Shown here: positions 8,907 through 18,871 of the stretch, piece after piece | How positions within the stretch are numbered: position 1 is the stretch's first letter | Layout of the letters: each line of letters starts with the position of its first letter | Assembly: GCA_965279515.1 (NCBI GenBank) | Contig: CBDIID010000003.1 | Span: 4,064,001 to 4,128,000 of the forward strand | From: Turneriella sp. | Lineage (GTDB): Bacteria > Spirochaetota > Leptospiria > Turneriellales > Turneriellaceae | DNA: 64,000 bases | Reading direction: 5' to 3' | Notes under the pieces: generated by a model | The model's input: the letters and a program-made list of their open reading frames with translations, nothing else | Told to the model about the DNA's origin: nothing | The model's database searches: none | Position numbers and translations under genes: made by a program

Positions 8907-9992
8907 ATGAAATGGTCACTTTATTTTGCTGAGGTCCGCGGCATTAAAATTTATGTCCACTGGAGCTTTGTCATACTCGTGACGTGGGTTACCTTCGCGG
9001 CATGGACCAGAAATCACAGTTGGAATCACGCCCTTTTTGCCACTGCGTATATCCTGCTGCTCTTTGTCTGCGTTGTCCTGCATGAATTTGGGCATGCGCT
9101 AACCGCGCGGCGTTTTGGCATCCGTACGCAGGACATTACTTTATTGCCCTTCGGCGGCGTCGCGCGGATGGAAAAAATGCCCGAAAAGCCCAGCGAAGAG
9201 TTTCTCGTCGCCATTGCTGGCCCCGCAGTCAATGTTGTCATTGCATCCGCACTGCTGGCAGTGCATTACTTCTTTTCAATACCGCTCCGCTTTCAACCGG
9301 ATTTAGACCTGTTAACGGGAATAAACCTGCTGACGTTACTCATGTTCGTCAACGCATTCATGGCGGTCTTCAATCTCATACCGGCTTTCCCGATGGACGG
9401 CGGCAGAATACTGCGCGCTGCCCTGGCAGCGAAATTTCCCCACCCGCAGGCAACGCAAATCGCCGCCCGTATCGGGCAGGCCTTTGCCGTGGTCTTCGTG
9501 CTCGTGGGCGTATTCAGCAATATCTGGCTTGTTTTCATCGGCATTTTTATCTACATGGGGGCGGGCGGCGAAGCGGCGCAAGAGGCCATAAACTCTGAAC
9601 TTGCGCGCTTTCGGGTGCGGGATCTGGTCATGACGGATTTCCCCACTATCCGGGATACAGACCTTCTGGGCGCGGGCATCCGGCTGTCGCTGAGAAGCCA
9701 GAGCAAAGAGTTTCTTGTCGTCGATGCCGTCGGAAATCTGCAGGGAACGCTGACACCCATCGAAATGCTGGCGGGTCTTTCTGAGCGCGGGGAGAACACC
9801 CCGATCCGCCAGGTGATGCGCACCGGTCTGCCGATGCTTTCACCCGACATGACCATCGTCGAAGCCCTGCGCAAGATGACAGAAAACAATGCCCAGATGC
9901 TGCCGGTCGGAACCGGGGATCAGCTCATCGGAATCATCGATATGACAAATATTTCTGAATTTCTGCAGGTACGCAGGCTCATCCAGAAATGA
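8907..9992 (+). CDS. Site-2 (M50) zinc metalloprotease with tandem CBS domains
   Basis: HEFGH, AGPAVN, FNLIPAFPMDGG; C-terminal CBS pair. Confidence 0.92.
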   Translation: MKWSLYFAEVRGIKIYVHWSFVILVTWVTFAAWTRNHSWNHALFATAYILLLFVCVVLHEFGHALTARRFGIRTQDITLLPFGGVARMEKMPEKPSEEFLVAIAGPAVNVVIASALLAVHYFFSIPLRFQPDLDLLTGINLLTLLMFVNAFMAVFNLIPAFPMDGGRILRAALAAKFPHPQATQIAARIGQAFAVVFVLVGVFSNIWLVFIGIFIYMGAGGEAAQEAINSELARFRVRDLVMTDFPTIRDTDLLGAGIRLSLRSQSKEFLVVDAVGNLQGTLTPIEMLAGLSERGENTPIRQVMRTGLPMLSPDMTIVEALRKMTENNAQMLPVGTGDQLIGIIDMTNISEFLQVRRLIQK

Positions 9993-10075
9993 ACTGTTGA
10001 TGATTTAACGCGGCGGCATGATAGGAAATCCTGCCTGCCGCCGAATGGATGCCGCGTGCATCAAAGGAGAAAAAA

Positions 10076-10510
10076 ATGACACACGATTTACTGATCGCCG
10101 TATGCGGAAGAACCGGGGCACGTTTTTTCACGGGGGATTCCATGCTCACGGGAATACATCCGATTCACAAGCTGGAAAATCCCCAGGGCAGATTGCAGGC
10201 GCATTCACTCGACAGCGATAAAGCGGGGGAGAGCGGTTCGAGTAATTACAGCGGGCATAATTCATTCTCACCCGAGCACAATGCGGTTGACCACGAAGCG
10301 ACCCGGTTTGCGGGGGAAGTTGCGGATTTTCTTAACCGGGCACGTGTCGAACATACTTGCCGTGAAATTCTTATCGCAGCAGATGCTAAATTCACCGGCA
10401 AACTCAAGGAGCACCTGGATAAGGATACAGGCAGAATGGTGCGCAACTATGTTATCCAGGATCTGATGAAGACCGAAGACAGGGACCTGCTCGCACACCT
10501 GCGCCCGTAA
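10076..10510 (+). CDS. Host-attachment-family (eRF1/baeRF-related) protein
   Basis: AGGAG RBS; ARFF...LENPQGRL...DKAG...FAGEVADFL...LIAADAKFTGKLK...DL pattern. Confidence 0.75.
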   Translation: MTHDLLIAVCGRTGARFFTGDSMLTGIHPIHKLENPQGRLQAHSLDSDKAGESGSSNYSGHNSFSPEHNAVDHEATRFAGEVADFLNRARVEHTCREILIAADAKFTGKLKEHLDKDTGRMVRNYVIQDLMKTEDRDLLAHLRP

Positions 10511-10514
10511 GGTA

Positions 10515-13079
10515 ATGAAGGCCCTCCCGGATCTGCGCGCTTTTCGGGGAATTTCGCGCAGCGAAGCCGTCCAACGCCTCATGGCGGGCGGTTACAACGA
10601 AATTCAGCAGGCGAAACCTCCGGGGCGCGTTGCCATGGCATTTTCGGCGCTGCGCGAGCCGATGGTTTTACTGCTCTTAGTCTGTGCCGCGATCTACCTG
10701 TCCCTGGGCGATCTCCGCGAAGGGCTCATTATGTTCACTACCGTCTTCGTCGTGGGTGGTATTGAATTTTATCAGAGGCAGAAAACGGAAAGGACAATGG
10801 AGCAGCTGCGGCAATACTCGAGTCCGCGTGCCCTGGTTATCCGCGACGGAGAAGAAATGCGCATTGCAGGGCGCGAAGTTGTCACCGGCGATATCGTCAT
10901 CGTCCGCGAAGGTGACAGGGTCCCGGCAGATGCGGTGGTTCTCTTCGAACTGAATCTGGGTGTGGATGAATCTCTTCTGACCGGCGAATCGCACCCGGTT
11001 GCAAAAACCGAAGGCACCACGGCCACGCTGATCACTCCTCCGGGAGGCGACGTTTCAGCTTCGCTTTATTCGGGTACGCTCGTCGTCCAGGGCCAGGCTG
11101 TCGCGCTCGTAGCGGCCACGGGGGAATTCACGCAAATGGGCCTGCTGGGAAAAACACTCGCGGCTATCCCCGATGAGAAATCTGCCCTGCAGAAAGAAAC
11201 CGGCAGGATCGTTGCCGTGTTCGCGGTTGTGGCGTTTATTCTCTGCTCGGCAGTCGTCGTCACGTTTGCTATCCGCTATTCCAATTGGCTGAAAGGTTTT
11301 CTCGCTGGCACGGCGCTGGCGCTCTCCATGCTGCCCGAAGAGTTTCCGGTGGCGCTGACAATCTTCCTTGCTGTCGGGGCATGGCGTATCGCGCGCAAGA
11401 ATGTCATGACGCGCGTGCCGGCTGCGCTCGAGATTCTGGGTGCCACAAGCGTGCTTTGCTCCGATAAAACAGGAACGATAACAGAAAACCGCATGAGACT
11501 GACGATACTTGCCAATGATTCTGATGCCTTGCAGGTCGATTATTCCGCTCCGGCTGCGGAGCTGCCCGAAAGTTACCACGAAGTTCTTGAGTATGCAATT
11601 CTCGCCAGCCAGGCAAATCCCTACGATCCCATGGAGAAGGCAATTCTGTCGTTCGGAAATACGGCTCTTGCCGGCAGCGAACACTTACACGGCGAATGGA
11701 ACCTCTTCAAAGAATACCCGCTCTCCCGTTCGCTGCTGGCCATTTCGCGCGCTTTTAAGAATTCGCAGGGTGGCTTTGTCATCGCCGCGAAAGGGGCTCC
11801 CGAGGCGGTATTTGATCTTTGCCACCTGAATCCTGAAGCATTCGCAGAGCAGACAGGGCGTGTCACAGAGTTTGCCAAAAAGGGCCTGCGGGTCATCGCC
11901 GTAGCCAAAGCGTTACCCGGTAAAGACAGGCTTCCTGAAATACAGCATGATTTCGAATTCGAGTTCCTCGGCCTTCTGGGCTTTAAGGATCCTGTTCGGG
12001 CCGGTGTTCCGGATTCCATAGCTGCCTGTGCGAAAGCGGGCATCCGCGTCATTATGATCACCGGGGATCATCCGGCAACGGCCGCGCATATTGCCCGCGA
12101 AATACAGATAGCCGATTGCGATCGTGTGCTTACCGGAAACATGCTGCGGGAAATGAGCGCAGCAGAGCTTAAGGATAATATCCGGAGGACGAATGTCTTT
12201 GCCCGGATTTCTCCCGACCAGAAATTGCAGATTGTCCGCGCACTGAAAGAAAATGCAGCCACAGTCATTATGACCGGCGACGGTGTGAACGATGCGCCTG
12301 CGCTCAAGGCCGCCGACATTGGCATCGCCATGGGGGGCAAAGGCACCGACGTTGCGCGCGAAGCGGCCAAGCTTGTCTTACTCGACGATGATTTTTCGAA
12401 TATCGTTAAGGCAATTAGCCTGGGGCGCAGAATTGTCGCCAATTTGAGAAAGGCTTTTTCTTTCATTGTGGCATCCCATATTCCGATCGCTGCCGTTGCC
12501 CTGATCCCGGTTCTTTTTCCGGATCTGCCGGTGATTTTATTTCCGGTTCATATTGTTTTCCTCGAGCTGATTATCGATCCTGCATGCACGTTAGCCTTCG
12601 AGAATGAAGAAAACCCGCGGATTATGGATGCCCCGCTGGATGCGACCCAGGGACGGTTCTTCGATTTACGCTCCATAACCCTCAGCTTTCTGCAGGGTGT
12701 TTCGGTGACTGCGGCCGTCGTTGCCGTTTATTTTACGACCCGCTACACCGGTTACTCTGAAAATGTTTCCCGTGCGCTGACATTTGCCACACTTATCATG
12801 GGAAATATTTTCCTGATTCTGTCCAATGCATCAGCTTCGCGCTTCGCGCTGAATCCTGCGGGTTTCAGAAACCCGGCATTGCGCTGGATTATCATCGCGG
12901 CAATTTTGCTCCTGGCTGTAATACTCTATCTGCCGGGAATCCGTGAAGTTTTCCGCTTTGAATCGCCTGATTTCATAAGCCTCGCATTATGCGCCGCCTG
13001 CGCCTTTGCCGGTATATTGTGGTTTGAGGTGCTCAAGTATTGGCGGCAGGCTCAGCGCGCGCGCGGAATTTCAATTTGA
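10515..13079 (+). CDS. Cation-translocating P-type ATPase (Ca2+/P2A-like)
   Basis: TGES, PEEFP, DKTGT, KGAPE, MITGD, GDGVNDAP motifs. Confidence 0.95.
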   Translation: MKALPDLRAFRGISRSEAVQRLMAGGYNEIQQAKPPGRVAMAFSALREPMVLLLLVCAAIYLSLGDLREGLIMFTTVFVVGGIEFYQRQKTERTMEQLRQYSSPRALVIRDGEEMRIAGREVVTGDIVIVREGDRVPADAVVLFELNLGVDESLLTGESHPVAKTEGTTATLITPPGGDVSASLYSGTLVVQGQAVALVAATGEFTQMGLLGKTLAAIPDEKSALQKETGRIVAVFAVVAFILCSAVVVTFAIRYSNWLKGFLAGTALALSMLPEEFPVALTIFLAVGAWRIARKNVMTRVPAALEILGATSVLCSDKTGTITENRMRLTILANDSDALQVDYSAPAAELPESYHEVLEYAILASQANPYDPMEKAILSFGNTALAGSEHLHGEWNLFKEYPLSRSLLAISRAFKNSQGGFVIAAKGAPEAVFDLCHLNPEAFAEQTGRVTEFAKKGLRVIAVAKALPGKDRLPEIQHDFEFEFLGLLGFKDPVRAGVPDSIAACAKAGIRVIMITGDHPATAAHIAREIQIADCDRVLTGNMLREMSAAELKDNIRRTNVFARISPDQKLQIVRALKENAATVIMTGDGVNDAPALKAADIGIAMGGKGTDVAREAAKLVLLDDDFSNIVKAISLGRRIVANLRKAFSFIVASHIPIAAVALIPVLFPDLPVILFPVHIVFLELIIDPACTLAFENEENPRIMDAPLDATQGRFFDLRSITLSFLQGVSVTAAVVAVYFTTRYTGYSENVSRALTFATLIMGNIFLILSNASASRFALNPAGFRNPALRWIIIAAILLLAVILYLPGIREVFRFESPDFISLALCAACAFAGILWFEVLKYWRQAQRARGISI

Positions 13080-14128
13080 ATGCGCGAACCTTTGCCGGGC
13101 TCCGAAACGATCTGCAAAATGCCGCCCGCAATCTGGGCCCTTTCTTTCATAATGTGCAGGCCTAAACCTTTGCGGCGGTTTGCACCGGAGTGCAGGGCTT
13201 CAATATCCATACCTTGACCGTTGTCGCTTACCGCAACGACCAGGCTCCCGGCGCTGAGGGTTGCGGCAATTTCTATGCGGCTTGCGGCCGCATGTTTTAC
13301 CGCATTGACGAGTGCCTGTTCGACAATGCGGTAGACGTTGATATCCCAGTTTTCCGGGAAGAAACCGTCAAGCGATGCGACATCGGTAATGATTTCGGGG
13401 CCGTCCGCATGAGAAAAACGCTGCGCAAGCTGCAAAATCGCCTGGGCAATGCCCAAACCCTTGAGCCCGATCGGGCTCAGGTTATGCGAGAGCGTGCGAA
13501 CTTCCTGCAGAATTTCATCGAGGTAGGCGATGATTTCAGCGGCTTCGCTGAGTACAGGGAAGCCGCTCTGTTTTTCAATTTTTGCGAGCTTCGACTGCAG
13601 TTGCAGTTTTAGCGCGAGAAGCGATTGTCCCAGTCCGTCATGAATTTCCTGGGAAAGTGCGGAGCGTTCTTCTTCGCGGATTTGCAGGATTTTTTGTGAT
13701 AGTTGTTTGAGTTCCGCTTCGATGGATTTGCGTTCCATTGCATAACGCATCGATCTTGCGAGAAAAAAAGCGGATAACCCGTTCTTTTGCAGGAAATCCT
13801 GCGCGCCGGAGCGAACCGCGGCGGTGGCCATTTTTTCATCCTTGAGCCCCGTGAGCAGAATGATGGGAATCCGTAATGCTTCTTCCTGCGCTCTGTGGAA
13901 TGTCTCAAACCCCTGGCTGTCGGGCAGCGACAGGTCAAGGAGTATCAGGCGAATATTTTCGTTGCGTAATACATCCAAGCCTTCTCTCAGCGTTGTTTTC
14001 CAGATCAGTTGAAATTCTCCGGTATCTTCGCCGGGCATCAGGTTGATTTCTGAGACCATCTCTTCGATCAGGCGGGCATCACCTGGATTATCTTCGATGA
14101 GGAGAATATTGCGGTTCCGGTCAGTCAT
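13052..14128 (-). CDS. REC-HisKA_3 hybrid histidine kinase
   Basis: LLIEDN...LLDLSLPD receiver; EIHDGLGQ, NAVKHA, DNGQG, GLGL. Confidence 0.9.
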   Translation of the reverse strand: MTDRNRNILLIEDNPGDARLIEEMVSEINLMPGEDTGEFQLIWKTTLREGLDVLRNENIRLILLDLSLPDSQGFETFHRAQEEALRIPIILLTGLKDEKMATAAVRSGAQDFLQKNGLSAFFLARSMRYAMERKSIEAELKQLSQKILQIREEERSALSQEIHDGLGQSLLALKLQLQSKLAKIEKQSGFPVLSEAAEIIAYLDEILQEVRTLSHNLSPIGLKGLGIAQAILQLAQRFSHADGPEIITDVASLDGFFPENWDINVYRIVEQALVNAVKHAAASRIEIAATLSAGSLVVAVSDNGQGMDIEALHSGANRRKGLGLHIMKERAQIAGGILQIVSEPGKGSRIQIEIPRAR

Positions 14129-14133
14129 TGTGT

Positions 14134-14556
14134 TTACCGCGGTGGTAATTTGACAATGCTGAGCCAGAAGTCCTCTATCATTTTTATGACCTGGATAAAC
14201 TTCTCGAAGTCGACGGGTTTATTTATGTAACAATTGGCATGGAGATTATAAGTGCGGACGATATCCTGCTCGGCTTGTGACGTTGTCAGTATGACGACGG
14301 GGATTCTTTTCAGTTTTTCAGTATTCTTGATATGATCCAGGACTTCAACCCCGCTGACGCGCGGCAAATTGAGATCGAGCAGAATTAGGTCGGGGTGTGG
14401 ATTTGTTCCGGTATCGTTGTCGAGAAAAACAATCGCTTCTTCGCCGTCTTTCGCGATGTTCAGATGGTTTGATACCCGCCCTTCTTTTAATGCTTCTATC
14501 GTCAGGCGAATGTCCCCGGGATTATCTTCGACAAGCAGTATTTCGATAGATTTCAT
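14134..14556 (-). CDS. Rcp1-like single-domain response regulator
   Basis: LLVEDNPGD, LLDLNLP, YINKP, FWLSIVKLP. Confidence 0.9.
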   Translation of the reverse strand: MKSIEILLVEDNPGDIRLTIEALKEGRVSNHLNIAKDGEEAIVFLDNDTGTNPHPDLILLDLNLPRVSGVEVLDHIKNTEKLKRIPVVILTTSQAEQDIVRTYNLHANCYINKPVDFEKFIQVIKMIEDFWLSIVKLPPR

Positions 14557-14580
14557 AGGTGTACTCCTGACGGATGGCGC

Positions 14581-16020
14581 TTAGCCGGGCAACGTAAAAT
14601 GAAAAACAGTGCCCTTGCCTACAGTCGATTCCAGCCAGATCTTGCCGCCATGCCGTTCGACAATCTTTTTACATACCGCAAGGCCGATACCCGTACCCGG
14701 GTATTCAGCGCGGTGATTGAGGCGCTGGAAGATGACAAAGATCCGCTCAGCGTAATTCATATCGATACCAATGCCATTGTCGCTGACGGCGAACTGCCAG
14801 AAATCCCCTTTTTCCTGCACGGAAATACGGATTATGGGCGGCTTGTCTGAGCGGAACTTGATCGCATTGGTGATCAGGTTCTGGAAAAGTTGCAGGATCT
14901 GGGTTTTCTCGACCTTCAGCTGGGGCAATACGTCTGAATGAATTTCAGCCCCGGCTTCTTCTATGGCGATTTTCAGGTTGGCCTTAACCCTGTCCAAAAT
15001 TTCGTTGAGATCGGACTGTTGAAAGTTCTGTCCTGTCGTGGAGACGCGCGAGTAGGCGAGCAGATCGTTAATGAGTGTCTGCATGCGTTGTACACCATCG
15101 ACCGCGAAAGCGATAAATTCATTGGCGGATTCGTCGAGTTTGTCCTGGTAACGGCGAGCCAATAGCTGCACATAGCTGCCGATCATGCGCAAAGGTTCCT
15201 GCAGGTCATGCGACGCCACATAGGCGAATTGCTGCAATTCCGCATTGGAGCGTGCCAATTCACGCTGGATTTCCTTGAGCTCGGTAATATCTTCTTCAAT
15301 CGCCAGGTAATGCGTAATCTCGTTGGCGGCATCCTTGATCGGCGAGATCGAGGCCAAAACCCAGAACAGTTCTCCGGTTTTTTTCCGGTTATGGAATTCG
15401 CCTTTCCATTCCTCTCCTTTGGCTATCGTGCTCCACAGGCTGCGGTAGTCGTCTTCAGAGAGGTGCCCCGATTTCAGGAAGTTCGGGTTTTTTCCGATGA
15501 CCTCGGCCGCGGTGTAGCCGGTCACTTCAGTAAATTTCCTGTTTACGTATTCGAGACTGCCGTCTTTATTCGTCACCAGTACGAGACTTGCGCTCTGTTC
15601 CACGGCGCGTGACAGTTTGCGCAATCCCTCTTCGGCATTTACCCGCGCGGTAATATCGGAAACAATGCCCGTAAAATAGGTTTTTCCATGCAGGACCATT
15701 TTGCCTACGGAAAGGTTCATAGGAAATACAGAACCGTTTTTTCGCTTACCGGTAACTTCGCGGCCGATGCCGATGATTTTTGCTTTTCCGCTATTCGTGT
15801 AATTGGCGAGATAACCGTCATGCTCTTGCTGGTAGGGCGACGGCATCAGCATGTTGACATTTTTGCCGATAATTTCCGCAGCCTTATAACCGAATATTTT
15901 CTCTGCCGCGGGATTCAGCGAGTCGATGAGACCTTTTTCGTCGATGACAATAATACCATCGATGACGGTATCGAGAATCGCGCGAAGCCTGGCTTCTTCT
16001 TCGGAAAGTTCAGCTTGCAT
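14581..16020 (-). CDS. Cytoplasmic PAS-PAS histidine kinase (FixL-like heme PAS plus NifL-like PAS)
   Basis: LMPSPYQQEHDGY...IIGIGREVTG heme-PAS; FAYVASHDLQEPLR H-box. Confidence 0.9.
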   Translation of the reverse strand: MQAELSEEEARLRAILDTVIDGIIVIDEKGLIDSLNPAAEKIFGYKAAEIIGKNVNMLMPSPYQQEHDGYLANYTNSGKAKIIGIGREVTGKRKNGSVFPMNLSVGKMVLHGKTYFTGIVSDITARVNAEEGLRKLSRAVEQSASLVLVTNKDGSLEYVNRKFTEVTGYTAAEVIGKNPNFLKSGHLSEDDYRSLWSTIAKGEEWKGEFHNRKKTGELFWVLASISPIKDAANEITHYLAIEEDITELKEIQRELARSNAELQQFAYVASHDLQEPLRMIGSYVQLLARRYQDKLDESANEFIAFAVDGVQRMQTLINDLLAYSRVSTTGQNFQQSDLNEILDRVKANLKIAIEEAGAEIHSDVLPQLKVEKTQILQLFQNLITNAIKFRSDKPPIIRISVQEKGDFWQFAVSDNGIGIDMNYAERIFVIFQRLNHRAEYPGTGIGLAVCKKIVERHGGKIWLESTVGKGTVFHFTLPG

Positions 16021-16035
16021 TTCAGGATTTTCCGT

Positions 16036-16428
16036 TCAGTCTGAATCGGAAAACGAATCCTGTCCGGCAAGAACCTTTCGGATAGTGACAATCAGATTTT
16101 CAAAAACGGCGTCTTTGGATACGAAGGCTGCAGCTCCCTTTTCTTTGGCAACGCGACGGAAAATTTTGTCTTCTTGTCCCGAAACGATGATCGTGCGGAT
16201 CTCGGGATAGAGTTCAGAGATTTTTGCGAGCACGGTGAATCCGTTCATCTTTGGCATCGATATATCCAGTAGAATAAGGCTGCATTGAGGGTCGATTTGG
16301 GCCTCCAGCACAGCAATACCGTCCGAAAATTCGGCAATCACGCGGAATTCAGAATTGTCATGCAGATGCTGGCGCAATATTTTCCTGAAGGCGGCGTGGT
16401 CGTCGACGATGATGATACCCGGTTTCAT
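16036..16428 (-). CDS. Single-domain response regulator (NarL-type receiver)
   Basis: IIVDDH, LLDISMP, FVSK. Confidence 0.85.
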   Translation of the reverse strand: MKPGIIIVDDHAAFRKILRQHLHDNSEFRVIAEFSDGIAVLEAQIDPQCSLILLDISMPKMNGFTVLAKISELYPEIRTIIVSGQEDKIFRRVAKEKGAAAFVSKDAVFENLIVTIRKVLAGQDSFSDSD

Positions 16429-16463
16429 TTTCAAAAGCAATCCATATCATGAAACATCCGGCG

Positions 16464-16535
16464 GGTCAAGGCGGCAAAATACATGGAGAAACACGTATTT
16501 ATACGTGTGAAATTGGCCCGGTAGAGTCGTTGCGG
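16464..16535. promoter_or_regulatory. Bidirectional box CACGTA-TTTA-TACGTG (16492..16507)
   Basis: 22 bp to TTGACC on the minus strand (16464..16469) and 22 bp to TTGCGG on the plus strand (16530). Confidence 0.65.
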
Positions 16536-16588
16536 GCCCGCATTTTTGAGTGGACGGCGGGTTTTATTTCTATGCTCAAATAGCAAAA

Positions 16589-17239
16589 ATGGATAACTCG
16601 CCCGGGAAAAAACGCATTATTCTTGCGGATGATCATGCGATTCTGCGTGCTGGTCTCAAGAATCTCATTGCCGAAGACAGTGAATTTCTTGTGGTCGCGG
16701 AAGCGAATGACGGCGAGTCGCTGCTCGCGAGGCTGAAATCCACACCCTGCGATCTTGTCATCATGGACATTTCGATGCCCAACCTGAACGGCCTCGCAGC
16801 GCTCGAACAGATCAAAAAAATCTACCCGAAAATGAAAGTGCTGATCTTGAGCATGCACAAAGAACGCGACTATGTAAAGAACGCTATGGTTAAGGGTGCG
16901 GACGGGTACATGTTTAAGGACGCCGTATTTGACAAACTGCTTTCATCGGTAAAAGATATTTTTTTGGGCCAGAAAGCGTTTTCCTCCGAAGTCATGACAA
17001 TATTCCTCGACGAATATGTGCACGCGCAGGAGGGGCAATCCACCCTGGATAACCTGACCAAACGGGAGCGTGAAGTCTTGCGCGCTCTCGTCAAGGGGCT
17101 CACGAACAAGGAGATCGCCGATCAGCTCGACATCAGTGCGCGTACGGTCGAGGGGCACCGGGCAAATCTCATGGATAAACTAAACGTGAAGAACATGGCG
17201 GAGCTCATGAAAACGGCGATTTCTCTCGGTATCAACTGA
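16589..17239 (+). CDS. NarL/NreC-family DNA-binding response regulator
   Basis: ADDH, MDISMP, LTKREREVL...ISARTVEGHRANLMDKL. Confidence 0.92.
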   Translation: MDNSPGKKRIILADDHAILRAGLKNLIAEDSEFLVVAEANDGESLLARLKSTPCDLVIMDISMPNLNGLAALEQIKKIYPKMKVLILSMHKERDYVKNAMVKGADGYMFKDAVFDKLLSSVKDIFLGQKAFSSEVMTIFLDEYVHAQEGQSTLDNLTKREREVLRALVKGLTNKEIADQLDISARTVEGHRANLMDKLNVKNMAELMKTAISLGIN

Positions 17240-17259
17240 CCCGGCGCCTGGCGGCGATA

Positions 17260-17910
17260 TCAAACAAGTCCTTTGTCGACCGCATAACGAACCAGGTCTG
17301 TAACATTCCCGAATTCCAATTTCTCCATGATGCGGCTGCGGTAGGCCTCGACCGTGCGCGAGCTGATATCCAGCTCTTCGGCTATCACAATGTTTGTCCA
17401 GCCGCGGGCGAGAAAGACCAAAACTTCTTTTTCTCGTTTGGTGAGCAAATTCAGCGAGATATGGCTTTCTTTAAGAACCCGGCGCTCGTCCGTTGCTACC
17501 GTCAGTAGCTCTTTAGAAAAGGATTTATGCCCGGCGGCGATGGATTTAATCGCCGAGATCAGTTTCTCAAAAGCCTCGTCTTTTAAAAGATAACCCTGGA
17601 CCTTTTTTGCCAGCGCTTTCTGCACAAATTCAGGTTCCTTATGCATGCTCAAAATCAGAATTTTCAGATCCGGGTAAGATTCCCGGATAGCAGATAATGC
17701 TTCCAGGCCGCTGAGTTCAGGCATGGATAAATCGAGAATCAGCATGTCGCACGGCTTCTCGCCCAGTATTTCGAGCAGGCGCCTGCCATTTTCCGCTTCG
17801 GCAACAACCGTCATGGTCGGATTTTCATTGATGAGGTTTTTCAGGCCGGTGCGCAGTATGGGATGGTCGTCGACGAGAACAATGCGCAGTTTTCGGATCT
17901 CATTGAACAT
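17260..17910 (-). CDS. NarL/NreC-family DNA-binding response regulator
   Basis: VDDH, LDLSMP, LTKREKEVL...ISSRTVEAYRSRIMEKL. Confidence 0.9.
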   Translation of the reverse strand: MFNEIRKLRIVLVDDHPILRTGLKNLINENPTMTVVAEAENGRRLLEILGEKPCDMLILDLSMPELSGLEALSAIRESYPDLKILILSMHKEPEFVQKALAKKVQGYLLKDEAFEKLISAIKSIAAGHKSFSKELLTVATDERRVLKESHISLNLLTKREKEVLVFLARGWTNIVIAEELDISSRTVEAYRSRIMEKLEFGNVTDLVRYAVDKGLV

Positions 17911-18003
17911 GGCTGTGTTTTGGGTGTGAATCCGGCCGCTATATCTTACGTCGAGCAGATATCCAGTCTTTTGTGAGAAAGAGAAAATAGCTGCCCGCAT
18001 GTA

Positions 18004-18049
18004 CAAAAGGGAATACACCGGGCTGGGTTTAAAACCGCCCGGTGTATTC
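18004..18049 (-). terminator. Probable intrinsic terminator after dsrE2
   Basis: 13-bp stem GAATACACCGGGC/GCCCGGTGTATTC plus inner stem, followed by CCTTTT on the minus strand. Confidence 0.6.
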
Positions 18050-18068
18050 AAATGCGAGGAAATGATGC

Positions 18069-18539
18069 TCAGGTAAAAACAATATGCCCGCCGGCAGCTT
18101 TCTCATAGAATTCGCCGACGGTAATAATTTCCGAAACCTGTTCGCAGAAATCTTCTTTTTTGAGTTTGAACATGTCGACCGAGGCCTTACATCCATAAAG
18201 ACCAGCGCCTGAATCGTGAATCATCTGGATGAATTCGGGTATCGGTGGAATATCCAGCTCCGACATCTGTTTTTTCATCATATGCGTTGCGAGTCCTGAC
18301 ATGCCCGGCAGCATGCCTAGCAGCGTCGGCATATGCATACCGGGATTTCCCACCGTTGCCACCTTGATGTGGTCCATCGTCTTTTTCACGACCGCGTCGA
18401 GGCCAAAAAAGGTGAAGAAGACATTCACCGTGATTCCTTCCATGCGGGCGCCGTTGGCCATGATGAGCCCGGGGTAAACTCCGTCGAGCGAACCCTTGCT
18501 GATGATAATGGATACCTTTTCTTTGCTTAAATCTGACAT
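18069..18539 (-). CDS. DsrE2-type (DsrE/DsrF/DrsH-like) sulfur transferase
   Basis: FFTFFGL, LYGCKASVDM, ITVGEFYE motifs. Confidence 0.85.
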   Translation of the reverse strand: MSDLSKEKVSIIISKGSLDGVYPGLIMANGARMEGITVNVFFTFFGLDAVVKKTMDHIKVATVGNPGMHMPTLLGMLPGMSGLATHMMKKQMSELDIPPIPEFIQMIHDSGAGLYGCKASVDMFKLKKEDFCEQVSEIITVGEFYEKAAGGHIVFT

Positions 18540-18556
18540 AATTTTCTCCTATGTTC

Positions 18557-18871
18557 TTAAATACACCCTACAGGCTTGGGGACGCCGGCGATCTTCGCTG
18601 CCTTTTTTCCCGGGCCGCCGGGAAAAAGAGCATAGAGTTCCTTCGTATCCACACCGGAAAATTTTGTAATCCGCCTGATCGTCGGCGATTTGCCGGTTTC
18701 CTGAAAATCCTTGCGCATGAAGCGGATCACCTGCCAGTGCCGGTCACTGAGCGTGATACCCTCGTTCTTCGCAATCGTGCCGGCCAGATCTTCTGACCAG
18801 TCACCGGGATTCACGAGGAATCCCTCATCGTTCACCGGTGGTGATTGTATTGTTGTGGTTTCCGTTATCAT
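18557..18871 (-). CDS. TusE/DsrC-family sulfur relay protein (single C-terminal Cys)
   Basis: DEGFL, HWQVI, LFPGGP...AGVPKPVGCI. Confidence 0.9.
   Translation of the reverse strand: MITETTTIQSPPVNDEGFLVNPGDWSEDLAGTIAKNEGITLSDRHWQVIRFMRKDFQETGKSPTIRRITKFSGVDTKELYALFPGGPGKKAAKIAGVPKPVGCI

Noticed and set aside
18557..18871. dsrC implying dissimilatory sulfur metabolism
   Set aside because: Lacks the second conserved Cys, and there is no dsrAB in the window
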